Made by a program: the position numbers and the translations under genes. A stretch of DNA of 64,000 bases from assembly GCF_026991495.1 (NCBI RefSeq), contig NZ_JALXBJ010000035.1:2512-66511 (forward strand), read 5' to 3'. The stretch is from Thermococcus sp. (GTDB lineage Archaea > Methanobacteriota_B > Thermococci > Thermococcales > Thermococcaceae). Shown piece after piece: positions 56,259 to 64,000 of this stretch. The notes below the pieces were generated by a model. It worked only from the letters and a program-made list of their open reading frames with translations, made no database searches and was not told the origin of the DNA. Within the stretch, counting starts at the first letter, position 1, and each line of letters starts with the position of its first letter.

Positions 56259-57669
56259 CCGGGAGTTTTGAGAGCTCTCCCTTTCTTTTTCCGCCGTAGT
56301 AGATGTTGAGTACCCCTCTGATGGCCCTTTTGAATATGAAGCCATGTCTCTCAATGAGGTCTTTCAGGAGAACCTTAGGCCTCAGGTAGAAGGAGAGATA
56401 AGCCCTCCTCAGCATCTTTGCTATGCCCTCGGGGGTGAAGTGCTCAAGCTTCATCACGGGATCCACGGTTGTGTACCTCCTCCAGTTTCTCGTTAGGAGG
56501 AGGTTCCTCTGGACGGCGTATGTCCAGAGCCGCGTCCCTGGGTAGGGGGTCGCTATGGTGAACTGGGCAAAATCAACGCCAACTTTTTTGGCGAAGGCTA
56601 TGGTGGTGTCAACTTCCTCCCTCGTCTCGTCCGGAAAGCCTATTATGAAGGAGCCAAGCGCCCTCAGGCCTGCCTTTTTAGCTGTCTTAACTGCATCAAT
56701 GGCCTGCTGTGGGGTTATGCCCTTCCCTATGAAGTCCAGTATCCTCTGGGTCCCGGACTCTACCCCGAAGTAGACCGTGTGACAGCCCCCTGCCTTCATC
56801 GCCTTCGCAACCTTCTCGTTGAAGGTATTGACCCTTGAGGAAGCGGTCCAGTGGATGTCAAGGCCCTCCCTCTCTATGGCCTCGGCTATCTCAACGGCCC
56901 TGACCTTGTTGAGGGTGAAGGTGTCGTCGAGGAACTCTATCTCCCTCCTACCGTACTCGTAGCGGAGGATCGAGAGCTCCTCTATAACGCGCTCAACGCT
57001 GTGACCGCGCCACCTCTTGCCGAACTGGAGCGAGGAGGAGCAGAAGACGCAGTTGAATGGGCAACCCCTGCTCGTCATCACAGTTCCGAAGGGCGTTCCG
57101 TCGGCGACGTATTTGTCCATCGGGAGGAGGTCGTAGGAGGGAATTGGAATCTCGTCCACGTTCTTTATTAGGGGCCTCGGGGCCTCGTTCCGTATCTTGC
57201 CGTTCTCCTCGCGGTAGGACAGCCCGAGGATGCCCTTCAACGGACGGCCCTTATCGAGTGCCTCAACGAGCTCCTTGAAGGTTATCTCGCCCTCGCCCCT
57301 GACAACTGCATCGATGCAGGGACACTCCCTCATCGTCAGCTCAGGTGTGAACGTGACGTGAGGGCCGCCCATGACGACGAAGACGTTTTCGTTGAGGTTC
57401 TTGGCTATCTTCGCAACCGCATATGCATCGTACATCGCTGAGGTAGTCGCGGTTATCCCAACCATGTCCGGGTCGTAGCGTTTTATTATCTTCATGACGT
57501 CCTCAAACGTCAGCTCCTCGGCTATGCCGTCGATTATCCTGACGTCGTGCTCCTCGCGAACCATCGAGGCGAGGTAGGCAAGGCCTAAGGGGGGACCGGT
57601 AGTCCCCACGATCCTTTTTATGGCGCTCTCAGTTGGGGACATCACGAGGAGAATCCTCAATTCCATCAT
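56236..57669 (-). CDS. Cobalamin-binding radical SAM protein
   Basis: PPLGLAYLAS, GGPHVT B12-binding domain; TSRGCPFNCVFC; GVESG. Confidence 0.92.
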   Translation of the reverse strand: MMELRILLVMSPTESAIKRIVGTTGPPLGLAYLASMVREEHDVRIIDGIAEELTFEDVMKIIKRYDPDMVGITATTSAMYDAYAVAKIAKNLNENVFVVMGGPHVTFTPELTMRECPCIDAVVRGEGEITFKELVEALDKGRPLKGILGLSYREENGKIRNEAPRPLIKNVDEIPIPSYDLLPMDKYVADGTPFGTVMTSRGCPFNCVFCSSSLQFGKRWRGHSVERVIEELSILRYEYGRREIEFLDDTFTLNKVRAVEIAEAIEREGLDIHWTASSRVNTFNEKVAKAMKAGGCHTVYFGVESGTQRILDFIGKGITPQQAIDAVKTAKKAGLRALGSFIIGFPDETREEVDTTIAFAKKVGVDFAQFTIATPYPGTRLWTYAVQRNLLLTRNWRRYTTVDPVMKLEHFTPEGIAKMLRRAYLSFYLRPKVLLKDLIERHGFIFKRAIRGVLNIYYGGKRKGELSKLPVKTASFD

Positions 57670-57718
57670 CCCCAGACGTCCGGTTATAGGGTTTGGAAAG
57701 GGGTAAAAAAAGTTTGGG

Positions 57719-58744
57719 TTAAGCTGGAACCTCGATTTCCTCCCCAGTTATCTCGCACTTCCAGAGCGAGGCGATTTTCCTCCACGCCTTGACGTAGCCG
57801 ACAAGGAAAGGTATCTGAACTATTGGAGTCACCGCTGGAGCGATTGCCATGAGGCCAGTTCCAGCAGCCAAAGCGATTGCCATAGCGGTTCCCTCGTTCT
57901 TTCCGACCGAGGTGAAGGTTATCGCCATGTGGTCTTTGTAGGGCACCCCAGCCCCCTTGTCAACGAAGGTCATGAAGAGGAGGGCGATTACGTAGTAGAG
58001 GACCAGCGGGATTAACGCTAATCCGACGATGCTGGGCTTGCTGGCTATGAGCCTCGCCTTCTCCATGAAGATGAGGAAGACGATGGTGTACATGCCGAGG
58101 AGGGAAATGGCCGGGAAGGCTGGCTTGATCCTGAGGAAACCCTCGGGGCCGAGCTTGCTCATCAGGTAGGCCCTCGTGAGGACGCCGAGTATCATCGGCG
58201 TTATGACGACTATGAGGATTGTCTTGACGAGGAGCCAGACCGAGATTGAGACGTGGTAGCTCGATGCAAAGATCTTAAGCCACGCCGGGACGGTGACGAT
58301 AGCTAAGGTGAAGCTCAAAGCTACAACGATGGTTGCGAGCTCGATGTTACCCCTTGTGAAGCCCGTGTAGGCTATGCTCATCGAGGAGCAGGGGACGACT
58401 ACCGCTAAGAGAAGTCCGAGGGCGAGCATGTGGTTAACCGGGTGGAAGAGCTCTGTCAGCCATATCGCACCGTACATGATGAGCGGGGAAATTACAAGCC
58501 CCATGGTGAGGGCTATGGCTAACTGCTTTCCGAGCTTGGCGCTGTTCTTGAGCTCGCCGAGGCGGAGGTTTATCATCATCGGGTATATCATGCTGATGAC
58601 TACGAGCATGTTGAGGGTCTTGAGCGTTCCCTTGTAGGCCTCTACGTTGGCGTGAGTTCCTACGTAGAAGCCCGCTATCATGGCGAGCGTCACGTAGACC
58701 GGGAGGTACTTGTCGAGGTGGTTCTTAAGCCTGAGCCAGTTCAT
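57719..58744 (-). CDS. acr3: ACR3 family (arsenite-efflux-like) transporter, Cys-retaining
   Basis: MIYPMMINL, VVPCSSMSIAYTG..GN, KNEGTAMAIA, PIVQIP. Confidence 0.75.
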   Translation of the reverse strand: MNWLRLKNHLDKYLPVYVTLAMIAGFYVGTHANVEAYKGTLKTLNMLVVISMIYPMMINLRLGELKNSAKLGKQLAIALTMGLVISPLIMYGAIWLTELFHPVNHMLALGLLLAVVVPCSSMSIAYTGFTRGNIELATIVVALSFTLAIVTVPAWLKIFASSYHVSISVWLLVKTILIVVITPMILGVLTRAYLMSKLGPEGFLRIKPAFPAISLLGMYTIVFLIFMEKARLIASKPSIVGLALIPLVLYYVIALLFMTFVDKGAGVPYKDHMAITFTSVGKNEGTAMAIALAAGTGLMAIAPAVTPIVQIPFLVGYVKAWRKIASLWKCEITGEEIEVPA

Positions 58745-59229
58745 CTCCTACCACCCCCGCACCTGCACCTGGTCTTTATTATCAGGACGGGCCTGAAGGT
58801 CTTCTTCAGCACGCGCATCGTCGTCGAACCGAAGAGCTCGTGCGAGAAGCCCATCTTCCCGTGGCTCGGGAGGATTATGAGGGAGACGTCCTCTTCCTCC
58901 GCGACCCTGACTATCTCCTCCCAGGGCTCCCCAAACCTCACAATCGGGGTCACCTTAGCGGCGTTGAACGTCCTCTTGACGTCCTCGACCTTCGCCTGGA
59001 GCTTTTCCATTGCCTTCTCCCTGAGCTTTTCCTTTATCTCCTCAAGCTCCATCTCCCCGTTCTTGTAGAGGAGGGAGTAGCCGTTCATGAGCTCCTCCAT
59101 GGTTCCCTCATCAATGACGTGGAGGAGGACAACTTCACCCACAAGCATCTCGTTGATGCTTTCGAAGCGCTTGGCGGCCTTGTAAGCCCCCTCGCTGAAG
59201 TCCGTTGGAAAGAGCACCTTTCTAAACAT
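58741..59229 (-). CDS. Universal stress protein
   Basis: MFRKVLFPTDFS, GEPWEEI, SHGKMG..GSTTMRVLK..PVL. Confidence 0.92.
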   Translation of the reverse strand: MFRKVLFPTDFSEGAYKAAKRFESINEMLVGEVVLLHVIDEGTMEELMNGYSLLYKNGEMELEEIKEKLREKAMEKLQAKVEDVKRTFNAAKVTPIVRFGEPWEEIVRVAEEEDVSLIILPSHGKMGFSHELFGSTTMRVLKKTFRPVLIIKTRCRCGGGRR

Positions 59230-59279
59230 CTCGCATCACCTCATATGTTTATTTTTTCATTTTAAAGTGAGTTCACCGA

Positions 59280-59293
59280 TTAGGAGCACCTAA
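59280..59293. promoter_or_regulatory. Inverted repeat TTAGG-N4-CCTAA just downstream of the usp-acr3 TATA box
   Basis: TTAGG AGCA CCTAA, a few nt 3' (minus strand) of TTTAAAAA. Confidence 0.5.
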
Positions 59294-59337
59294 CCATTTT
59301 TAAACTTTTTTGGTCAAAATTGGGTAATAAAGTACAC

Positions 59338-59694
59338 TCAACTCCCGAGCATCCCTTCAACTTCCTTCACAATGCGCGCCGCCGCAAGGCCTATGTCCTC
59401 AACAACGTTAACATCGGGATGTTCGTAACACTGGGAGGCCCCCAGCTCCTCTTCGAGGTTTATGTACTCGTCGTAGCGGATGCCGAGCTTTTCGGCGGTC
59501 TCCTTAGCGCAGTCCTTGGAGCAGGCGTCTATCAGAAGCACCTTTGAGCGGCCTTCAAGGCACTCCGGCTGGCTCTCCCCAAGCCTCTCAAGGACGACGG
59601 CCTTTGCCCTCTCCCCGAGAACCTTGAGCGCCTCCCTAACCACGATCTCCGCGAGGGAGTTGGAGCAGACGAATATGCAGACGGCAGTGCTCAT
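59338..59694 (-). CDS. DGC-domain putative zinc-binding protein
   Basis: CIFVCSN, LIDACSKDCAK (DGC-like, reads DAC), EYINLEEELG. Confidence 0.7.
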   Translation of the reverse strand: MSTAVCIFVCSNSLAEIVVREALKVLGERAKAVVLERLGESQPECLEGRSKVLLIDACSKDCAKETAEKLGIRYDEYINLEEELGASQCYEHPDVNVVEDIGLAAARIVKEVEGMLGS

Positions 59695-60707
59695 TCTCCA
59701 TCACCCCCTGCAACGGCGGGAGTACCTGCTGTAACCCTACCCCTGAGGATGTTGAAGAGCCTGACGAAGAATATCATGAGCAGCATGTCGCTGAAGGGTC
59801 CGCCGAGGGCGGTTCCAACTGCGGCGAGAGGGCCGAAGGTTCCAATCGCTATCGCCGTCGCCAGCGTCATGTTAGAGCCGGTTGAATAGACGAGGGAGAC
59901 GTTCTGGTCGAAGGGGAAGCCGAGGGACTTTCCGGAGAAGTAAGCTATGGCCGCGCGCAGGATGAAGTAGACGTTCATTATCACCGCCCCGGCCAGTATG
60001 AACTCGGGTCTCTCGGCTATCATCTTTCCATTTATTCCGAAGACTATGGGAAGCATCAGGTACATGCCGAGGAGCGAAACCCCAACGAGCGGTTCTTTGA
60101 GCCTCATAAAGGCATCAACCCCTTTCCAGCGCAGAACGGCGTATTTGGTGAGCTGGCCTACGACCAGGGGGGTTATTATGTAAAGGACGAGGGACTTGAG
60201 AAGGACCACCATCGGGACCTCAATGACCGTGTGGAGTATGAGCTTCGCGTAAACCGGCATGACGAAGAGCGACAGCAGGAACGTCCAGATGACGCCGACG
60301 AGAGTGAGCTGGAACTTGCCGCCGGCCAAATTCGTGAACGCTGGGGCCGAACTCGGGAGCGGTGCGAGGCTTATGAGGACCATCCCCGCGACGAGTCTCG
60401 GGTCGCTGTTCGGCAGGAGGGCCAGCCAGAGCTTCAGGAACGCCCACGTCAATGTCGGAAACAGGGCTATGTAAAATAGCGTCACGAGGATGAGATACTT
60501 CTTCTTCACTTCGGTGCTCTTCGTGAAGGCCTTCCTTATGTCCATGTAGACCATCGGCTGGAACAGCATCATGAACAGCGAAACGGGGAGCAGCCACTTC
60601 AGCGAGATGAAAAGTTCTCTGTGGTAAACCCCCGCATAGCTCGACAGGGCTATGAGGACAAAGACTATGTAAACCATCTTATCCCTCATGAAGGCAACGA
60701 CTCCCAT
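59691..60707 (-). CDS. ACR3 / bile acid:Na+ symporter family transporter, lacking the Cys
   Basis: FMMLFQPMV, LAPLPSSAPAFTNLAGG, GSNMTLATAIA. Confidence 0.72.
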   Translation of the reverse strand: MGVVAFMRDKMVYIVFVLIALSSYAGVYHRELFISLKWLLPVSLFMMLFQPMVYMDIRKAFTKSTEVKKKYLILVTLFYIALFPTLTWAFLKLWLALLPNSDPRLVAGMVLISLAPLPSSAPAFTNLAGGKFQLTLVGVIWTFLLSLFVMPVYAKLILHTVIEVPMVVLLKSLVLYIITPLVVGQLTKYAVLRWKGVDAFMRLKEPLVGVSLLGMYLMLPIVFGINGKMIAERPEFILAGAVIMNVYFILRAAIAYFSGKSLGFPFDQNVSLVYSTGSNMTLATAIAIGTFGPLAAVGTALGGPFSDMLLMIFFVRLFNILRGRVTAGTPAVAGGDGE

Positions 60708-60761
60708 CTAAACCACCACCTGAGACATTTTTCATACATCCGGTCGAAAAAAATAAAGGGC

Positions 60762-61076
60762 TCATGCGAGCCAGATGAAGCCGACGACCCTCCCGTCTTT
60801 AACGAGCTGGACCTTCGTCCCCCACTTCCCGAACCAGTAGCTGCCGACCTCAAGCTCCTTCGGGTCGAGGTCTTCCCACAGCTCTCCGACTATCTGGTTC
60901 TCCACCACGAGGGGAACGTGGAGCACTCCCCTTGGGTTTCTCCATGCGTTGCCCTTGACAGCCTTTTCGAGCAGTTCCTTTGTTTTTGCCTTTATCTCCT
61001 CGTAGTCCGGCTCTTTTTCCATCACATAGCCGAACCTCCCAACCTTCCACTTCCATCCGGGAGCACCGAACGGCAT
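60762..61076 (-). CDS. Uncharacterised small beta-rich protein, paralog of 49547-49828
   Basis: GAGGTGG RBS before ATG 61076; first gene of the minus-strand unit. Confidence 0.7.
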   Translation of the reverse strand: MPFGAPGWKWKVGRFGYVMEKEPDYEEIKAKTKELLEKAVKGNAWRNPRGVLHVPLVVENQIVGELWEDLDPKELEVGSYWFGKWGTKVQLVKDGRVVGFIWLA

Positions 61077-61115
61077 CTCAACCACCTCACCGCTTTCTTC
61101 AATTTGTAATATCAC

Positions 61116-61135
61116 AAAACTATTTATAAAGTTTT
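61116..61135. promoter_or_regulatory. Palindrome AAAACT-ATTTATAA-AGTTTT spanning a TATA element in the divergent promoter region
   Basis: Read directly; lies between the 61076 start and the ArsR-like gene. Confidence 0.5.
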
Positions 61136-61207
61136 CTATAATATCCTGATTATCAGCCACCAGAAGCGATAAAATTATAAGGATTAACGGGGAAGTATTA
61201 AGCGAAG

Positions 61208-61546
61208 GTGTTGGGAATGCCGAGGTGGATGAGGGCTGATAAAAGCAACCTGAAGGCCCTCATGATGGCGCTCAAGCCCCTTTTGGCTGAGCCTAAGAGG
61301 AGCATAATCAGAATTCTGAGTGAAGGCGTGAAGGGCACGAACGAACTATATGAAGCTTTAAAGGAGCGCGGGCTTGAGATGCCGCGTTCAACGCTCTACT
61401 ACCACCTCTCGGCCCTCGAAGACGCAGGGATAATCGAGATGGCCGGCTACCGCGAGGAGGGCGGCGGCGCCCCGGAAAAGCTCTGGAAGCTGAAGGTCAG
61501 GAAGATGGGGATAGACCTCGTTACAGGAAAAATTTTCAAGGAGTGA
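61208..61546 (+). CDS. ArsR-like winged-helix transcriptional regulator (no Cys)
   Basis: PKRSIIRILSEG..ELYEAL..RSTLYYHLSALEDAGII..G.PEKLWKL. Confidence 0.85.
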   Translation: MLGMPRWMRADKSNLKALMMALKPLLAEPKRSIIRILSEGVKGTNELYEALKERGLEMPRSTLYYHLSALEDAGIIEMAGYREEGGGAPEKLWKLKVRKMGIDLVTGKIFKE

Positions 61547-61603
61547 GCGTGCATATGCACAAGGTTTATATTTGAAAAGACATTCATGAGTGTGGTGGTG
61601 AAG

Positions 61604-61999
61604 ATGAGGATCGCGATCCCCGCTGAGGACGATAGAGGTCTTGAGAGCAGCGTCAGCGGCCACTTCGGAAGGGCAAAGTACTTCGTCTTCGTTGATATCG
61701 AGGACAACGAGATTAAGGGCCATGAGGTCGTTGAGGTTCCCTTCGAGGAGCACGGACCCGGAGACCTACCGGGCTTCGTGAAGGAGCACGGCGGAGAGGT
61801 CGTCTTAGCCTACGGCATGGGAAGGAAGGCTGTGGGCTACTTCAACGACTTTGGAATAGCGGTCGTTACCGGTGCCTACGGACCGATTAAGGACGTTGTT
61901 AAGGCCTTTATAGAGCAGGTTCTCGAAGTCGACCCCAACTGGAGGGAAAAGATAGAACGGGAGAAAAAGCACGGGGGAAACTGCGAAAAGCGAGAATAG
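61604..61999 (+). CDS. NifB/NifX (dinitrogenase Fe-Mo cofactor-binding fold) family protein
   Basis: RIAIP..SGHFGRAKYF..VLAYGMGRKA..F..GI.V. Confidence 0.88.
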   Translation: MRIAIPAEDDRGLESSVSGHFGRAKYFVFVDIEDNEIKGHEVVEVPFEEHGPGDLPGFVKEHGGEVVLAYGMGRKAVGYFNDFGIAVVTGAYGPIKDVVKAFIEQVLEVDPNWREKIEREKKHGGNCEKRE

Positions 62000-62950
62000 T
62001 CACTCCCCTAAAAGTCCCTTTATGATCAGCTCCGCCGCTTCCTCTTCCGTTAGTCCCTTCGCCATCAGCTGGACGAGCTGGGCCTCGTTTATCCTCCCTA
62101 TCGAGGCCTCGTGCGTGAGTTCCGCTTTATCGTTCCTCACCCTCAACAGCGGGATCGTCTGGACGTCAGCTTCCCCCTTCACGACCTCGTGGCACTCTAC
62201 GTGGCCCTTCGCGTAATCTCCCAGACCATAGGCCTCGTTCACGACGTTGACCTTTGAGTTGTCAAACGCTATCACCGTGCTCTTCAGGTCGCCCCTTGAG
62301 TGTGCCCCTTCCAGCTGGAGGACTTCCCTTATCTCGACCGAGTCGTCTTTTACAGCTTTAACCTTTGAGGTCATCTCGGCAACGGCCCCATCGCCTAATT
62401 TTGCCGTCATCTCAAGCTTAAGCTCCCTCGCGCGCTGCTTCGTGAGCGAGAACTTCCCGGTGTAGCGACCCCCTTTCCCGACTTCCACCTCGGTCCTGCT
62501 TATCATCCTGACCCCTTCGCCGTGTATGTGCTCGTCGTCGTAGAGCACAGAGGAGTTCTCGCCGACGCTTATCCTCGATATCGCCTCGTGGGTGAAGTCC
62601 TTCGCGTAGGGAAAGATGCAGTGGGAGGTGAACCTCGCCTTCGAGTTCTTTCCAACGGTGATGTTGAACTCAACCCGCTGGTAGCCCTCGCTCTTGAGAT
62701 AGCCGGTGCAGAGATGGATCGGGAAGGGGAGCTCCACCCCGTCTGCTATCCTTACGTCGGCCCTAACCCCGTTCTCTATCTCCTCGCCCTTTATCTCAAC
62801 CCCCGGAACGTTGTTGAGGCCGATTATCCTGTCCCCGCTGATGATTATCGCGGCGACCCTGTCCCCGAAGAGCGACGTGTCAAGGCCCTCGCGCTCGTAT
62901 ATATCGAGCAAAGCCTCGTACTCCTTCACGCGATCCACTTTTATCGTCAT
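62000..62950 (-). CDS. SufB/SufD-family Fe-S scaffold (SmsB-like)
   Basis: PIHLCTG, GHVECHEVV, P.L.V....AELTHEASIGRI...L..LMAKGL.EEEA..LI..G. Confidence 0.85.
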   Translation of the reverse strand: MTIKVDRVKEYEALLDIYEREGLDTSLFGDRVAAIIISGDRIIGLNNVPGVEIKGEEIENGVRADVRIADGVELPFPIHLCTGYLKSEGYQRVEFNITVGKNSKARFTSHCIFPYAKDFTHEAISRISVGENSSVLYDDEHIHGEGVRMISRTEVEVGKGGRYTGKFSLTKQRARELKLEMTAKLGDGAVAEMTSKVKAVKDDSVEIREVLQLEGAHSRGDLKSTVIAFDNSKVNVVNEAYGLGDYAKGHVECHEVVKGEADVQTIPLLRVRNDKAELTHEASIGRINEAQLVQLMAKGLTEEEAAELIIKGLLGE

Positions 62951-63657
62951 GGCGACCCCTCCACGAAGAGGCACCTTCCGCAGGTTTTTCTGTAGTAATC
63001 AACGACCTCCCGCGAGAAGCCCTTCTTGACGAGCCTGCCGGCGCAGACGAAGTAGGCGAAGTCGGTTTTTCCAGCGATTTCTTCGTGGTGCGTGATTATG
63101 ATGACTGTCGTCCCGGCCTTTCTAAAGCGGTTTAAGAGCTCCTCGATGAGCTCGCCGGCGGTTATGTCTAAGCCTGAATCGGGCTCGTCTAAGATAGCGT
63201 ATCTCGGCTTCAGGAGGAGGAGTGAAGCCAATTCAACCCTCTTCCTCTCGCCCCCGCTGAGGCTTTTATCAATGAACCTGCCGGCGTAGAGTTCGTAAGG
63301 AAGGCCGACGAGCTCAAGTGCCTCCTTTATCTCGTCTCCATCAACCTTCAGCTTTCCGCCTAGGGTAAGGTACTCCCTGATCCTTATCCCCTCGTAGCGC
63401 GCCGGCTCCTGCCAGGCCATGCTCATCCCTAATTTCGCCCTCTCGGTGACGCCAAGTTCCGTTATGTCCCTTCCATCGAGGAGAACCTGCCCTGATGTTG
63501 GCTTCAGCTCACCCATCAGGATCCTCGCTATCGTTGATTTTCCCGCGCCGTTGGGCCCGAGTATCGAGTAGGTCATGCCCTCCCTGAAGGTCATGTTTAT
63601 CCCCTGGAGGATTCTCCTCCCTTCCCGTGAGTAGTCAACGTTTCTCAGGCACAGCAT
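62947..63657 (-). CDS. SufC-like ABC ATPase (SmsC-like)
   Basis: GPNGAGKST, WQEP, LSGGERKRVE, LDEPDSGLD, C-terminal CGRC; overlaps the scaffold gene. Confidence 0.85.
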   Translation of the reverse strand: MLCLRNVDYSREGRRILQGINMTFREGMTYSILGPNGAGKSTIARILMGELKPTSGQVLLDGRDITELGVTERAKLGMSMAWQEPARYEGIRIREYLTLGGKLKVDGDEIKEALELVGLPYELYAGRFIDKSLSGGERKRVELASLLLLKPRYAILDEPDSGLDITAGELIEELLNRFRKAGTTVIIITHHEEIAGKTDFAYFVCAGRLVKKGFSREVVDYYRKTCGRCLFVEGSP

Positions 63658-63696
63658 TCCCATCAAAGGGGAATAATATGAATTTAATTTAAGATT

Positions 63697-63733
63697 TTCT
63701 GGACAGAACCGTCCAGAACCTGAGGTTTAGAAC
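63697..63733 (-). promoter_or_regulatory. Operator region of the sufC/B-like operon: 8-bp inverted repeat plus extended SurR-type site
   Basis: TTCTGGAC-N6-GTCCAGAA (63697-63718); minus strand GTT-CTA-AAC-CTCAG-GTT (63733-63717) matches GTTn3AACn5GTT. Confidence 0.6.
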
Positions 63734-63765
63734 CCACTCCAAAAAAGTGCTGCGGGCCGACGCAT

Positions 63766-64000
63766 TCACTTGCAGTCAGCCCTTTCCTCAACCTCGATTA
63801 TCTTCCTGAGGATGCACTCAAGGTTCCTGAGGTTCTGAAGGAGGCCCTGAAGATGCCTCTTCCTCTCCGGGTCGTTCGCTGAGGATATCATTGACTCGAC
63901 TATCTCTTCGAGGGGCACGATTTCACGTTCAAGTGTTGCCCTCGGCTGCTTCATAAAGCTCTCAAGGAAAGCCGGGACGGCGGAGAAGTACTTTGTCCTG
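63766..64000 (-). CDS. 3' part of a probable transcriptional regulator (GbsR/MarR-like); start is outside the window
   Basis: Frame is open to the window edge: RTKYFSAVPAFLESFMKQPR... Confidence 0.55.
   Translation of the reverse strand, partial: RTKYFSAVPAFLESFMKQPRATLEREIVPLEEIVESMISSANDPERKRHLQGLLQNLRNLECILRKIIEVEERADCK

Noticed and set aside
56236-57669. Radical SAM gene as part of an organoarsenic pathway with acr3
   Set aside because: A T-rich terminator-like tract and a separate TATA-like element lie between acr3 and this gene, and there is no arsM/arsS/arsL-specific evidence; adjacency only
44254-64000. Integrated genomic island at tRNA-Ala(CGC)
   Set aside because: No integrase or transposase, no duplicated tRNA 3' end found in the window, and base composition and codon style look native by eye; accessory content alone is not enough

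Overview
Chromosomal window from a Thermococcales archaeon (Thermococcus-like, inferred from gene content, GGTGA/GAGGTG ribosome-binding sites, BRE/TATA promoters and CCA-encoding tRNAs). Positions 1-44 kb are mostly housekeeping: 3' part of SRP RNA, pyrD/pyrC/pyrK, queC, gcvT, priL/priS, RNase P RNA, glnA, nadE, a dpp/opp ABC operon, NAC, MGMT, panE, a serA-like gene and three tRNAs. They also hold a vapBC pair, two ATPases, an internally deleted EamA gene, a box C/D sRNA and an unexplained ~210-nt GC-rich structured element at ~4500-4712. From tRNA-Ala(CGC) (44.2 kb) to the end lies a redox/metal/transport block. It encodes a TDT transporter, a single-Cys OsmC protein, an ABC-2 exporter, an Fe-S flavoenzyme lacking the usual Tyr, an MFS transporter, a B12 radical SAM protein, two divergent ACR3-family transporters, DGC, ArsR and NifX-like proteins and a SufC/SufB-like (SMS-type) pair. 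Its most unusual part is a translationally coupled four-gene operon: a polyferredoxin, two tandem tungsten-oxidoreductase (AOR/WOR family) subunits that both have Cys where AOR has its EYE motif, and an FAD/NAD(P) reductase. No CRISPR array, transposase or integrase was seen. Family assignments come from motif recognition only; no database searches were run.
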